Positions 1-8,300 of a stretch of 63,374 bases of DNA are shown here, in pieces. The translations under genes were made by a program, and so were the position numbers. Numbering within the stretch: the first letter of the stretch is position 1; every line of letters begins with the position of its first letter. The notes under the pieces were generated by a model. The model had not been told where the DNA came from and did not search any database. It saw only the letters and a list, made by a program, of their open reading frames with translations. The stretch lies in the NCBI GenBank assembly GCA_035316025.1, contig DATFXL010000110.1:1-63374 (forward strand), read 5' to 3'. Source of the stretch: Acidimicrobiia bacterium (lineage in GTDB: Bacteria; Actinomycetota; Acidimicrobiia; IMCC26256; JACDBD01).

Positions 1-653
1 TCGCGGGCGCCGGCGTTGAGGGTCGTCATGACCCGCACCGCCGCCGCGACCAAGTCGGGGGTCGCCACGTCGCGCTTGACCGCCGTCGAGATGACACCCA
101 GGCCGATCGGCTTGGTCAGCACCAGCGCGTCATCCGCCCGCGCCCCGGCGTTGGTGAAGACGCGACGGGGATCGACCGTTCCGACCACGGCCAGCCCGTA
201 CTTCGGCTCGGCATCGTCGATGGAGTGCCCACCGGCCACGAGGGCGCCGACATCGCGCACGACATCGCCGCCGCCGTCGAGGACGCGGGCGAGCAGCTCG
301 AACGGGAGGCCCTCGCGTGGCCACGCGACGAGGTTCAGTGCCAGCAGCGGCGCGCCCCCCATCGCGTACACGTCGGAGAGGGCGTTCGTTGCCGCGATCC
401 GCCCCCAGTCGTAGGGGTCGTCGACGATCGGTGTGAAGAAGTCCGTCGTGACGACGACGGCGAGGTCGTCGCGCAGCCGGTAGACGGCGGCGTCGTCGGC
501 GGTGTCCAGGCCGACGAGAAGGTCAGGGTCGGCGGGGGCGTCGGTGCCGTGCACCAGCCCGAGCACGGTCCGGAGATCGTCGGGCGACAGCTTGCAGGCG
601 CATCCAGCGCCGTGCGAGAAGCGCGTCAAGCGGACGGGCTCGGTCGTTGTCAC
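1..653 (-). CDS. selD: Selenide, water dikinase (selenophosphate synthetase), 5' part; runs off the window's left edge
   Basis: Manual minus-strand translation from GTG at 653: MTTTEPVRLTRFSHGAGCACKLSP...DDAAVY...TTDFFTPIVDDPYDWGRIAATNALSDVYAMGG...GGHSIDDAEPKYGLAV...LVLTKPIGLG. The catalytic codon is TGC (Cys). Absent from the ORF track because its stop lies outside the window. Confidence 0.96.
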   Translation of the reverse strand, partial: MTTTEPVRLTRFSHGAGCACKLSPDDLRTVLGLVHGTDAPADPDLLVGLDTADDAAVYRLRDDLAVVVTTDFFTPIVDDPYDWGRIAATNALSDVYAMGGAPLLALNLVAWPREGLPFELLARVLDGGGDVVRDVGALVAGGHSIDDAEPKYGLAVVGTVDPRRVFTNAGARADDALVLTKPIGLGVISTAVKRDVATPDLVAAAVRVMTTLNAGAR

Positions 654-731
654 CGAATCGATGGTACGACCTCTGTCCCTCGTCGCCGACCTAGGCTCCT
701 CCATGGACGTGGGAACGAAAGGTCGATCAAC

Positions 732-1505
732 TTGCCGACCCCCGAGGACTTGGCCCGAGAACGAAAAATCGACGAAGCCCTCTTCAGCGACGACGTGGCC
801 GTGTCGCAGCAGCCCGATCAGCGCGGGTCGCTGGATTTTCCGTTTACGCGCGACACCGAGGCCGAACACCACGACATCGCCGTCGACGACCTCGACGCCG
901 CGCTCTTCGGTACGGCGCCGGCGAACGGCAGTGTGCCGGACGCGGGGACTCCGGAGGCGACGGCGCCGCACTTCGACGGAGCCGATCCGGAGTTCCTCCT
1001 CGGCCATTCCGGTGAAGCGGACGAAGACGTAAAGGACGACGAACTCGTCGAAGGCGACGCGACGATCGTCGCCGAGCCGACGGGCGTCGGGGACGAGGCC
1101 GAAGCAGACACGGATGCAGAGCGCGGGCGACGGCGCGCGGTTGTCCTCGCCGCGTTGACCGTGCTCCTCGTCCTCATCGGGGCCACCGTCGGTGCCCTGG
1201 TGGCCGGGCGCTCGGGCGGCTCGGACTCGGGCAAGAAGAGCGTTCCCGAACGAACCGTGGCGAGCACCACGACGACGGTGCCAACTCCCACGACTTCGGC
1301 TCCGCCGGCTTCGGCTCCGCCGGCTTCGGTTCCCCTGCCCGCATCGACGGCGCCACGGGCTCCGGTGACGACATCCCGGAGAGCTGTTCCGGGACCCACC
1401 CCGGCGGAGGCACCCGCGCCCGCCGACGCTCCGCCGCCCCCGCCGCCGCCCGAACCACCGACGTCCCCGCCGGTGTCGTCGCCGCCCACCAGCGCGGGCC
1501 CATAG
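732..1505 (+). CDS. Hypothetical single-pass membrane protein (acidic N-terminus, Pro/Thr-rich tail)
   Basis: TTG at 732 preceded by GAAAGG; D/E-rich segment, then RRR, a hydrophobic helix (AVVLAALTVLLVLIGATVGALV) and a low-complexity P/T/S/A tail. The upstream part of ORF 225..1505 is the selD antisense shadow. Confidence 0.7.
   Translation: MPTPEDLARERKIDEALFSDDVAVSQQPDQRGSLDFPFTRDTEAEHHDIAVDDLDAALFGTAPANGSVPDAGTPEATAPHFDGADPEFLLGHSGEADEDVKDDELVEGDATIVAEPTGVGDEAEADTDAERGRRRAVVLAALTVLLVLIGATVGALVAGRSGGSDSGKKSVPERTVASTTTTVPTPTTSAPPASAPPASVPLPASTAPRAPVTTSRRAVPGPTPAEAPAPADAPPPPPPPEPPTSPPVSSPPTSAGP
1294..1329 (+). repeat. 15-bp coding tandem repeat (CTTCGGCTCCGCCGG x2 plus partial), encoding SAPPA
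   Basis: Directly visible tandem copies inside the Pro-rich tail. Confidence 0.8.
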
Positions 1506-1529
1506 GGCGTCCCGGCCGGCCGCCTTGAG

Positions 1530-2513
1530 CTAGTGCGGGCGGACGGCGTCGACCACGCTGCCCGTCCCGGCGACGAACTTCACCGCGTCGGGGTTGTTGC
1601 GGTAGCTGGTGGCGTGCACGTACCCGCCCCCGACCCAGATCCCCACGTGCGCGCTCCAGCTGCTCGTCGTGATGAGGTCACCCGGCTGGAGCTGGCCGAG
1701 GTCGACGTGTGGGAACGCGGCGCCCTGCGCACCTGACGTGGTCGGGATGTCGAGCCCGCCCGCTCGCCACGAAGCCGTGGTCAGCCCCGAGCAGTCGTAG
1801 CAGGTCGGTCCGAAGCGCTCGGCCGTGTTGCAGTACGGCTTGCCCACCTGGGCCTGCGCGAACGCTGCCGCCGCGCCCGCGCCCCCGCTTCCGATGACCG
1901 GAACCATGCTCCTCGCCGGCGCAGCGGCCGTCGCGCGGGCCGCGGTCTGCCGCCGCATCTCGGCTTCGACCTCGCCCTTCACTTGGTCGAGCAGCTTCTG
2001 CTGATCTGCGGCCGCCGATTCTGCGTCCGCCTTCGCCGCGGCCACGGAGTCGCGCTGCGCCGCCGCCGCGGCGCGGGCCTTGTCGAGCTCGGTCCGCTGA
2101 GCCGCGAGCTGCTGGACGAGGTTGTCGTCGTTGCCTGCGGCCACGTCGCCGTACTTCGAGCGGGCCGAGAGATCGCTCGCCTGGTGCGCGTTCAAGGCGT
2201 CGAACGGCCCCACCGTGCCCGCGGCCTTGTAGAAGGCGGCCGCCCGTCCGTTGATCATGGACTTGATGCGGGCGATCTCGTCCTGGACCGTCTTGATGTG
2301 CGTGTCCGTGTCCGCCAGCCTCGCCTCCGCCGCCTGGAGCTGCGGGACGAGCGCGGCGACCTGGTCGTTGGCGGCGTTGAGGTCGCGCTCGATCTGGGCG
2401 GCCTTCGCCTCGATGTCCTGGGTGGGTTGCCCCGTCGCGTAGCCGGGGAAGAGGAGGGTGAGCCCGAGTCCGAGGACGAACACCGAGATGATCCGGATAT
2501 GCCGGGTCTTCAT
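1530..2513 (-). CDS. Secreted NlpC/P60 (C40) peptidoglycan endopeptidase with coiled-coil region
   Basis: Signal peptide, long coiled coil, AQVGKPY...YDCSGLT...LQPGDL...HVGI...VHA catalytic motifs; SD AAGGAG. Confidence 0.92.
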   Translation of the reverse strand: MKTRHIRIISVFVLGLGLTLLFPGYATGQPTQDIEAKAAQIERDLNAANDQVAALVPQLQAAEARLADTDTHIKTVQDEIARIKSMINGRAAAFYKAAGTVGPFDALNAHQASDLSARSKYGDVAAGNDDNLVQQLAAQRTELDKARAAAAAQRDSVAAAKADAESAAADQQKLLDQVKGEVEAEMRRQTAARATAAAPARSMVPVIGSGGAGAAAAFAQAQVGKPYCNTAERFGPTCYDCSGLTTASWRAGGLDIPTTSGAQGAAFPHVDLGQLQPGDLITTSSWSAHVGIWVGGGYVHATSYRNNPDAVKFVAGTGSVVDAVRPH

Positions 2514-2523
2514 CAGGTGGGAT

Positions 2524-2639
2524 CTCCTTGGCTGTCTCCGCCGTCAGCCGGAACCGCATTGCTCCCGGGACCGGACCCGGAAACAACAAACCCCTTACGC
2601 CTTCTGATTGCTCAGTGCGTGCGGGGTCGGCGCACCCTA
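2524..2639 (-). promoter_or_regulatory. Putative -10 box (TAGGGT) and structured 5' UTR of the NlpC/P60 gene
   Basis: Three consecutive hairpins, one capped by a GCAA tetraloop, between the -10 box and the SD. Confidence 0.5.
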
Positions 2640-2727
2640 GACCGATGCCGAAACTCCACGCCACCCCGCGCGAACGTGCTGGTCACCGGAGCGGATCTGA
2701 GGCGTCGGCCGGATCGCGCGGACGTGG

Positions 2728-3207
2728 TTAGGCGGTCCAACCAGGCGTCGGCGACGGGTCGCCGGGGCCGGTGACCTCCGGAACCGTCCACGCCATCGCC
2801 TTGCCGATCTCCCGCGCGACCCGTTGCCACTCGCGCGGATCCCATCCCTCGGCGGCGGCGACGAGTGTCGTGTCCTGGCGCAGATGCACGAACGCCGGCA
2901 GCCGCTCGAGGCCGAGGCTATGGACGAGCGCGGCGTCAGGGTCTACGAACACGAGAGCCTCGTCGGCAGCGTCGGCCAGCACTCGGCGCGCGACCTCGGG
3001 CGGCCCCGCGACGCAATAGGCGGTCCGGCAGTCGGCGTCGCGGAACGTCCGGAAGATGCGTCGTGCGATCGGCACCCACACCGACGCCTGCGGTCGCGGC
3101 GGCAGGATCACGAGCGTCAGGTGGAACATCGTCGACCAGTCATCGAGCGTCCGGGTGACGCCCTTCAGGCTCGTGAGCTTCAGCGACGCGTCGGGGTTCT
3201 TGGCCAC
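2728..3207 (-). CDS. Hypothetical protein, possible thioredoxin/peroxiredoxin-like fold
   Basis: GTG at 3207 with TACGTT upstream; segment VFVDPDAALVHSLGLERLPAFVHL resembles AhpC/TSA C-terminal halves; no CxxC. Confidence 0.6.
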   Translation of the reverse strand: MAKNPDASLKLTSLKGVTRTLDDWSTMFHLTLVILPPRPQASVWVPIARRIFRTFRDADCRTAYCVAGPPEVARRVLADAADEALVFVDPDAALVHSLGLERLPAFVHLRQDTTLVAAAEGWDPREWQRVAREIGKAMAWTVPEVTGPGDPSPTPGWTA

Positions 3208-3244
3208 GAATCGAGAACGTAGCCCAGGGAATAGTGTCCCTCCC

Positions 3245-3706
3245 GTGCCCGGCCGACGTGATGCGATCAAGATGAGCGACGACGAGATGCGCGCCTTCCT
3301 CGAGGCGGGCCGCGATCTCCAGGTCGCCTCCATCAACGCCGACGGAACGCCGCACCTGGTGACCATGTGGTACGTGGTCCGGGACGGCGAGATCGCGTTC
3401 TGGACGTACGGGAAGTCGCAGAAGGTCGTCAACCTCCGACGCGACCCACGCCTGTCGGTGCTCGTCGCCTCTGGCGACACGTACGAGCGGCTCAAAGGCG
3501 TCTCGATCATCGGCCGGGCGGACCTCGTCGACGACCCCGCCGCCGTTCTCGACTACGGCGAAGCCGTCTACGAGCGCTACTGGGGCCCGCTCAACGACAG
3601 CGTGCTCGAAGGCGTCCGGGCGATGAGTGCGAAGCGGGTCGTCATCGTCGTGAAGCCGGAGAAGATCCTGAGTTGGGACCACAGCAAGTTGGGGGGTGCC
3701 TACTGA
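3245..3706 (+). CDS. PPOX-class (pyridoxamine 5'-phosphate oxidase-like, probably F420-dependent) oxidoreductase
   Basis: VASINADGTPHLVTMWY...KSQKVVNLRRDPRLSVLV...SWDHSKLG. Confidence 0.88.
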   Translation: MPGRRDAIKMSDDEMRAFLEAGRDLQVASINADGTPHLVTMWYVVRDGEIAFWTYGKSQKVVNLRRDPRLSVLVASGDTYERLKGVSIIGRADLVDDPAAVLDYGEAVYERYWGPLNDSVLEGVRAMSAKRVVIVVKPEKILSWDHSKLGGAY

Positions 3707-4395
3707 TGGGCGAGATGGTCACGTTCCCGAGCAATGGTGGTGAGGCGCAGGGGTACCTGGCAGTGCCGGAGCGCGGGCAGGGCCCCGGTGTGGTCGTGAT
3801 CGAGGAGTGGTGGGGCCTCAACCAACAGATCAAGGAGGTGTGCGACCGGTTCGCCGAGGAGGGGTTCGTCGCGCTCGCGCCCGACGTCTACGGGAGAGAG
3901 GTGCCGATCGGCGAGCCCGACGAAGCCGCCCAGATGATGATGGCGCTCAACATCGAGCACGCCGCCAAGGACCTCGTCGGCGCCGTCGATTTCCTGGAGC
4001 AGCAGGACGCGGTCACCGGGAGCGGTATCGGCGTCACGGGCTTCTGCGCCGGCGGCGGTCTCGCGCTCTGGTTGGCCACACTCCGCCCGGACGCGGTGAA
4101 GGCGGTAGTGCCCTACTACGGCATCGTCCCTTGGCCAGACGTCCAGCCCGATTACTCGAAGCTGCCGCCCGCGGTCCAGGGCCACTACGCCGAGAACGAC
4201 GACTTCGCCGACCCGGAAACCGTGCGCGGTTTCGAGCAGCACCTGAAGGACCTGGGCAAGCAGCCCGACTTCTACTTCTACCCGGGAACAGACCACGCGT
4301 TCTCGAACCACCACCGCCCCGACGTGTTCCACGAGGAGCACTCCGAGACGGCCTGGCGTCGCACGATCGACTTCTTCCGAGCCCAGCTCGCTTGA
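3706..4395 (+). CDS. Dienelactone hydrolase family protein
   Basis: GVVVIEEWWGL, GFCAGG nucleophile elbow, YPGTDHAF; ATG overlaps the upstream TGA. Confidence 0.92.
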   Translation: MGEMVTFPSNGGEAQGYLAVPERGQGPGVVVIEEWWGLNQQIKEVCDRFAEEGFVALAPDVYGREVPIGEPDEAAQMMMALNIEHAAKDLVGAVDFLEQQDAVTGSGIGVTGFCAGGGLALWLATLRPDAVKAVVPYYGIVPWPDVQPDYSKLPPAVQGHYAENDDFADPETVRGFEQHLKDLGKQPDFYFYPGTDHAFSNHHRPDVFHEEHSETAWRRTIDFFRAQLA

Positions 4396-4437
4396 TGCGT
4401 CCCCCGGGCGACGAATTGTCACCCGTGGGACGCATCA
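4393..4437. terminator. Hairpin between convergent genes, likely bidirectional terminator
   Basis: TGATGCGTCCC / GGGACGCATCA perfect 11-bp outer stem including both stop codons, plus an inner CGGGCGAC/GTCACCCG stem. Confidence 0.65.
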
Positions 4438-5277
4438 TCCGAAGCCGATCGCCTTCAGCATGCTCGGGGGCATCTCGTCGCGTCCGTCGGCGAGAAGGGC
4501 GGCGCGCTCGACGTTGATGGCGTCGCGGTCGCGCTCCAGCCAGTCGTCCCACGGTCCGGGCGGTATCGCGCTCGGATCGCCCTGTGCGTCGACGCACGCC
4601 TCCAGGTAGGCCTGGAGCTCGCGCACCTCGCTCTCGCCGCCAACCGGGCCGTGGCCGGGGACGATCGTGTCGGCGAGGTCGACGACGGCGTCGAGCATGG
4701 CCGCCCACTTCGCCGGGTCCCCCTGGAACGCGAGCGGGGTCACGCCGAAGAAGCACAGGTCACCGGCGAAGCACACGTCGGCGTCGGCGACGAGCACGAT
4801 GACGTCGCCCTCGGTGTGGCCGCTCGCGGGGAGCACCTCGACGCGGGGAGTCAGCGACGCCGCCCCGTCGATGAGATGTGTGGCCGGACGGGTTCCGAGC
4901 TCGGCGAGGTCGTCGAACTCCTCGTCGAACGCGCTCATGAACGCCTTGTACGCGTCGATCGGCATGTGCTGGTCGAGCACCGCGCTCGTCTGCGGCGACG
5001 CGTACACGCCCGCGTGCGGGAACGCCTTCGTACCGCCGACGTGATCGATGTGACCGTGCGTCAACACAATCCGCCGCATCGGCACGTCCAGCGCCTTCAC
5101 GGCGTCGGCAAAGGGTTCCCACTGTGAGCGCACCATCATGGTGTCGACGATCGTCACGCCGTCATCGTCGACGACCACGCCCGCGTTGCTGACGCCCGAC
5201 TCGCCACCGGGCTGGAGCCAGACGTACACACCGTCTGCGAGCGGGTGAAGTGTGCGAACAGGAGCGGATTGCGCCAC
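4435..5277 (-). CDS. MBL-fold metallo-hydrolase (cyclase-like)
   Basis: SNAG, THGHIDHVGG, GHTEGD, FAGDL, VPGHG motifs. Confidence 0.88.
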   Translation of the reverse strand: MAQSAPVRTLHPLADGVYVWLQPGGESGVSNAGVVVDDDGVTIVDTMMVRSQWEPFADAVKALDVPMRRIVLTHGHIDHVGGTKAFPHAGVYASPQTSAVLDQHMPIDAYKAFMSAFDEEFDDLAELGTRPATHLIDGAASLTPRVEVLPASGHTEGDVIVLVADADVCFAGDLCFFGVTPLAFQGDPAKWAAMLDAVVDLADTIVPGHGPVGGESEVRELQAYLEACVDAQGDPSAIPPGPWDDWLERDRDAINVERAALLADGRDEMPPSMLKAIGFG

Positions 5278-5300
5278 GCGCCGAGCGTATAGCTACGCTC

Positions 5301-5357
5301 CGCGGCGGCGGCGGCTTCGCCGACCGCCGCCGCAAAGCCGGAGCTTGCGACGGCGAC
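5301..5357 (-). repeat. Dispersed palindromic intergenic repeat, copy 1
   Basis: Reverse complement GTCGCCGTCGCAAGCTCCGGCTTTGCGGCGGCGGTCGGCGAAGCCGCCGCCGCCG matches copies at 8234 and 42530. Confidence 0.8.
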
Positions 5358-5371
5358 AGGAGGAAAGGTCT

Positions 5372-6325
5372 ATGTCCGAGCGCTCCCGCAACCTGCCCCG
5401 CCGTTCCTGCCTGTCCGTCCCCGGCTCCAGCGAGAAGATGATGGGCAAGGCGCCCGACCTCGGCGCCGACATGGTGTTCCTCGACCTGGAGGACGCCGTC
5501 GCGCCCCTCGAGAAGGAGCCCGCCCGCGACAAGGTCGTGAAGGCGATCAACGACCTCGACTGGGGCGACACCGTCCTCTGTGTCCGCGTCAACGCGTGGG
5601 ACACGAAGTGGACGTACCGCGACGTCATCCACGTCGTCGAGAACGCGTCCGAGCGGCTGGACGAGATCATGCTGCCGAAGGTGCAGTCGCCCGCCGACGT
5701 GCAGGCCCTCGACATGCTCCTCACCCAGATCGAGGAGACCACCGGCCGCAAGAGCCAGGTCGGCATCGAGCCCCAGATCGAGACCGCGCGCGGGCTCATC
5801 AACGTTGAGGAGATCTGCGCCGCGTCGCCCCGGCTCGAGACGATCGTGTTCGGCCCGGCCGACTTCGCGGCGTCGACCGAGATGCCCGTCCTCACCGGCG
5901 GCGTGCAGATCCCGGAGTACCCCGGTGACCACTTCCACTACGTGTTCTCGAAGATCCTGATGGCCGGCCGCGCCAATGGCCTCCAGGTGATCGACGGGCC
6001 GTACCTGAAGATCCGCGAGCTCGACGCGCTGCGCGACTACGCGATGCGGACGCGCATCCTCGGATACGACGGGAAGTGGGCGCTGCACCCGGACCAAGTG
6101 AAGGTCATCAACGAGGTGTTCACGCCCACCCAGGAGCAGTTCGACCACGCCATCGATCTGTTGGCGGCCTACGAGAAGGCCACGACCGAGGGCGACCCGG
6201 GCGAACGCAAGGGCGCGGTCATGTTCGGCGACGAGATGATCGACGAGGCCAGCCGCAAGATGGCCGAGAAGTTCCTTCGCCGAGGCGAGCGTGCCGGCAT
6301 GACCCGCAGCGCCGATTCGCACTAG
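5372..6325 (+). CDS. CitE/HpcH-family CoA-ester lyase, malyl-CoA/beta-methylmalyl-CoA lyase-like
   Basis: RSCLSVPGS, FLDLEDAVAP, DLDWG..CVRVN..DT.WTYRDV, LPKV, QIETARG, FGPADF, GYDGKWALHPDQ; SD AGGAAAGG. Confidence 0.88.
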   Translation: MSERSRNLPRRSCLSVPGSSEKMMGKAPDLGADMVFLDLEDAVAPLEKEPARDKVVKAINDLDWGDTVLCVRVNAWDTKWTYRDVIHVVENASERLDEIMLPKVQSPADVQALDMLLTQIEETTGRKSQVGIEPQIETARGLINVEEICAASPRLETIVFGPADFAASTEMPVLTGGVQIPEYPGDHFHYVFSKILMAGRANGLQVIDGPYLKIRELDALRDYAMRTRILGYDGKWALHPDQVKVINEVFTPTQEQFDHAIDLLAAYEKATTEGDPGERKGAVMFGDEMIDEASRKMAEKFLRRGERAGMTRSADSH

Positions 6326-6373
6326 CACCGAGATCGACTCGCACCGGGGGCGACACCGGGGCACCATGGACGC

Positions 6374-6889
6374 ATGGACCCGCTCGTCCTCGTGGGTCTC
6401 CCGCTGCTGCCGGTCGCGCTGCTGCTGTGGATGCGCCGCCGCCATCCGGACGTCCCGCGCGGCTGGCAGCTGTCGCAGAGCGAAGCGGCGATCCTGCACC
6501 GCCGGGTGCATCGCTGCGTCGACGAGACGCGTCGGGCCGTCGCCCGCCCCGGGATGGGTGTCCCGGTGGAGCAGCTCGAGTCGCTGACCGACGAGCTGTA
6601 CCACCAGGCCGTCGCCATCGACCGGGCGCTCGTCGCGGCGTCCAAGCTGCCGCAAGGGGAGCGCCACAAGGCTCTCATCGAAATCAAATACCGCATCATC
6701 GAAACTGAGCAGATGGCTGCCCGGGTGCGTGCCCTCGCCGTCGACATGGTGCAACCACGCGTCGCGGACGCCGACGAGGGGCTCGACCGATTGCGGGACC
6801 GCATCGACGCGCTCGACGAGGCGCGGCGCGAGGTCCACGAGATCGGCGGTCCTCCCACCATCCACGAACCGGAGAACGGCGACACCTAG
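6374..6889 (+). CDS. Hypothetical membrane-anchored helical/coiled-coil protein
   Basis: N-terminal hydrophobic anchor followed by charged helices; GC3-rich codons. Confidence 0.65.
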   Translation: MDPLVLVGLPLLPVALLLWMRRRHPDVPRGWQLSQSEAAILHRRVHRCVDETRRAVARPGMGVPVEQLESLTDELYHQAVAIDRALVAASKLPQGERHKALIEIKYRIIETEQMAARVRALAVDMVQPRVADADEGLDRLRDRIDALDEARREVHEIGGPPTIHEPENGDT

Positions 6890-6919
6890 AGTCGCCGTGA
6901 GCTCGGTACAGCAGGGTCA

Positions 6920-8230
6920 CTGAGCCCACGCGGGGGCACCACCACGGCCGCAGTCGACGTCACCACGACCGACCACGACCCGGATTTCGAGCGGTTCTGG
7001 CAGCCCGATCCGAGGTCGGCGAAGCAGCTTCGCCGCGCCACGCGCAAGGAACGGCGGGCGTGCCGGTCGCCTCGCCACCGGTTCATCCTGCGCGCGCTGG
7101 CGCTCGCAGCGTTCCTGGTGATGTTCCAGGCCGGCTGGTCGTACGTCCACGCGCTCACTGCGCCGGGTACCGACCCGCTATCGGCCCGCAGTGTCGAATG
7201 GGTCAGGGACCACGGAGGCGGCGGGATCGTGAACAGGATCGAGCACTGGTGGTACACGAACCATCCGCCGCCGGTGGGCGGGCGACCCGAGCACGGCCTC
7301 CCGAAGTCGGCGAAGCCCGGCGCCGACGCAGTCAGCAAGCACGCGAAGCCCGTGGACACGCCGAAGCCGACCGCGCCGCCGGCCCCGCCGCACCTGGCCT
7401 CGCCCGGAAACCTCCCGCCGTTCACGACGCCGCTGCCGGGCGAAGGCGTGTGGAACCCGACCGGGCGCACGGTGAAGGGGCTGCCGAGTGTGTACACGAC
7501 GTTCATGCGTCCCGATCCCGTGCACACGAGCCTCGTGACCGGCATCGCATGGATGGACACGAAGCTGCTCCGCGGCGTCTTCGTGCCCGGGTTGCAGGAG
7601 CCGGGCGGCGGCCCCAACCCCTGGGGATCGCAGGTCCCTCAGGACCAGCGAGCCGGCCTCGTCGCCGCCTTCAACTCGGGCTTCAAGATGAGCGGCGCCC
7701 GCGGCGGCTACTACACCGACGGTGAGATGGTGAAGCCCTTGCGCGACGGCGCCGCATCGCTCGTGATCATGCAGGACGGGACGGTCAACATCGGCATGTG
7801 GGGACGTGACTTCGCCATGGACCCCAATATCAAGACCGTCCGCCAGAACCTCGACCTCATGGTCGACGGCGGCCAGGAGGTTCCCGGGCTCGACTCCGAC
7901 GGCAACGACAAGTGGGGCGCGACCCTCGGCAACAAGGTGTTCGTGTGGCGGTCGGCGGTCGGCGTCGATGCGCAGGGCGGGCTCGTCTTCGTCGGTGGCA
8001 ACGGCCTGAACGCCAAGACTCTCGGCGACGTGCTCGTACGAGCCGGCGCGGTGCGCGCGATGGAGCTCGACATCAACTCGCAGTGGGTGACGTACTACAC
8101 GTACGACCAGGTCTACCCATACGATCCCAATGCCGTGCAGGGCCACAAGCTCCTTCCCGACATGCAACGCGGCGAGGACCGGTACCTGCAGCCGGGTGAA
8201 CGCGACTTCTTCTCGATGTTCGCCCGCTAG
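6920..8230 (+). CDS. Phosphodiester glycosidase (NAGPA/DUF2233-like) family membrane-anchored protein; start uncertain
   Basis: LVAAFNSGF, VRQNLDLMVDGG, WGATLG..VWRSAVG, AMELDIN. The TM helix begins before the first GTG (7118); the frame is open back to 6890, with a CTG at 6920. Confidence 0.72.
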   Translation: MSPRGGTTTAAVDVTTTDHDPDFERFWQPDPRSAKQLRRATRKERRACRSPRHRFILRALALAAFLVMFQAGWSYVHALTAPGTDPLSARSVEWVRDHGGGGIVNRIEHWWYTNHPPPVGGRPEHGLPKSAKPGADAVSKHAKPVDTPKPTAPPAPPHLASPGNLPPFTTPLPGEGVWNPTGRTVKGLPSVYTTFMRPDPVHTSLVTGIAWMDTKLLRGVFVPGLQEPGGGPNPWGSQVPQDQRAGLVAAFNSGFKMSGARGGYYTDGEMVKPLRDGAASLVIMQDGTVNIGMWGRDFAMDPNIKTVRQNLDLMVDGGQEVPGLDSDGNDKWGATLGNKVFVWRSAVGVDAQGGLVFVGGNGLNAKTLGDVLVRAGAVRAMELDINSQWVTYYTYDQVYPYDPNAVQGHKLLPDMQRGEDRYLQPGERDFFSMFAR

Positions 8231-8233
8231 CCG

Positions 8234-8288
8234 GTCGCCGTCGCAAGCTCCGGCTCCTGCGGCGCGGTCGGCAAAGCCGCCGTCGCCG
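8234..8288 (+). repeat. Dispersed palindromic intergenic repeat, copy 2
   Basis: GTCGCCGTCGCAAGCTCCGGCTCCTGCGGCGCGGTCGGCAAAGCCGCCGTCGCCG between convergent genes. Confidence 0.8.
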
Positions 8289-8300
8289 AGAGGTCCGGGG

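Noticed and set aside
594-605. Selenocysteine codon in SelD
   Set aside because: The minus strand reads GGA TGC GCC TGC AAG: Cys, no in-frame TGA
2514-2727. c-di-AMP (ydaO) riboswitch before NlpC/P60
   Set aside because: The expected sense-strand GGGGxGAAT and CCCGxCAGCTAAC elements are absent; a CCGTCAGC occurs only on the opposite strand
6897-7121. Selenoprotein by read-through of TGA at 6921
   Set aside because: The read-through frame is not protein-like and has no redox motif
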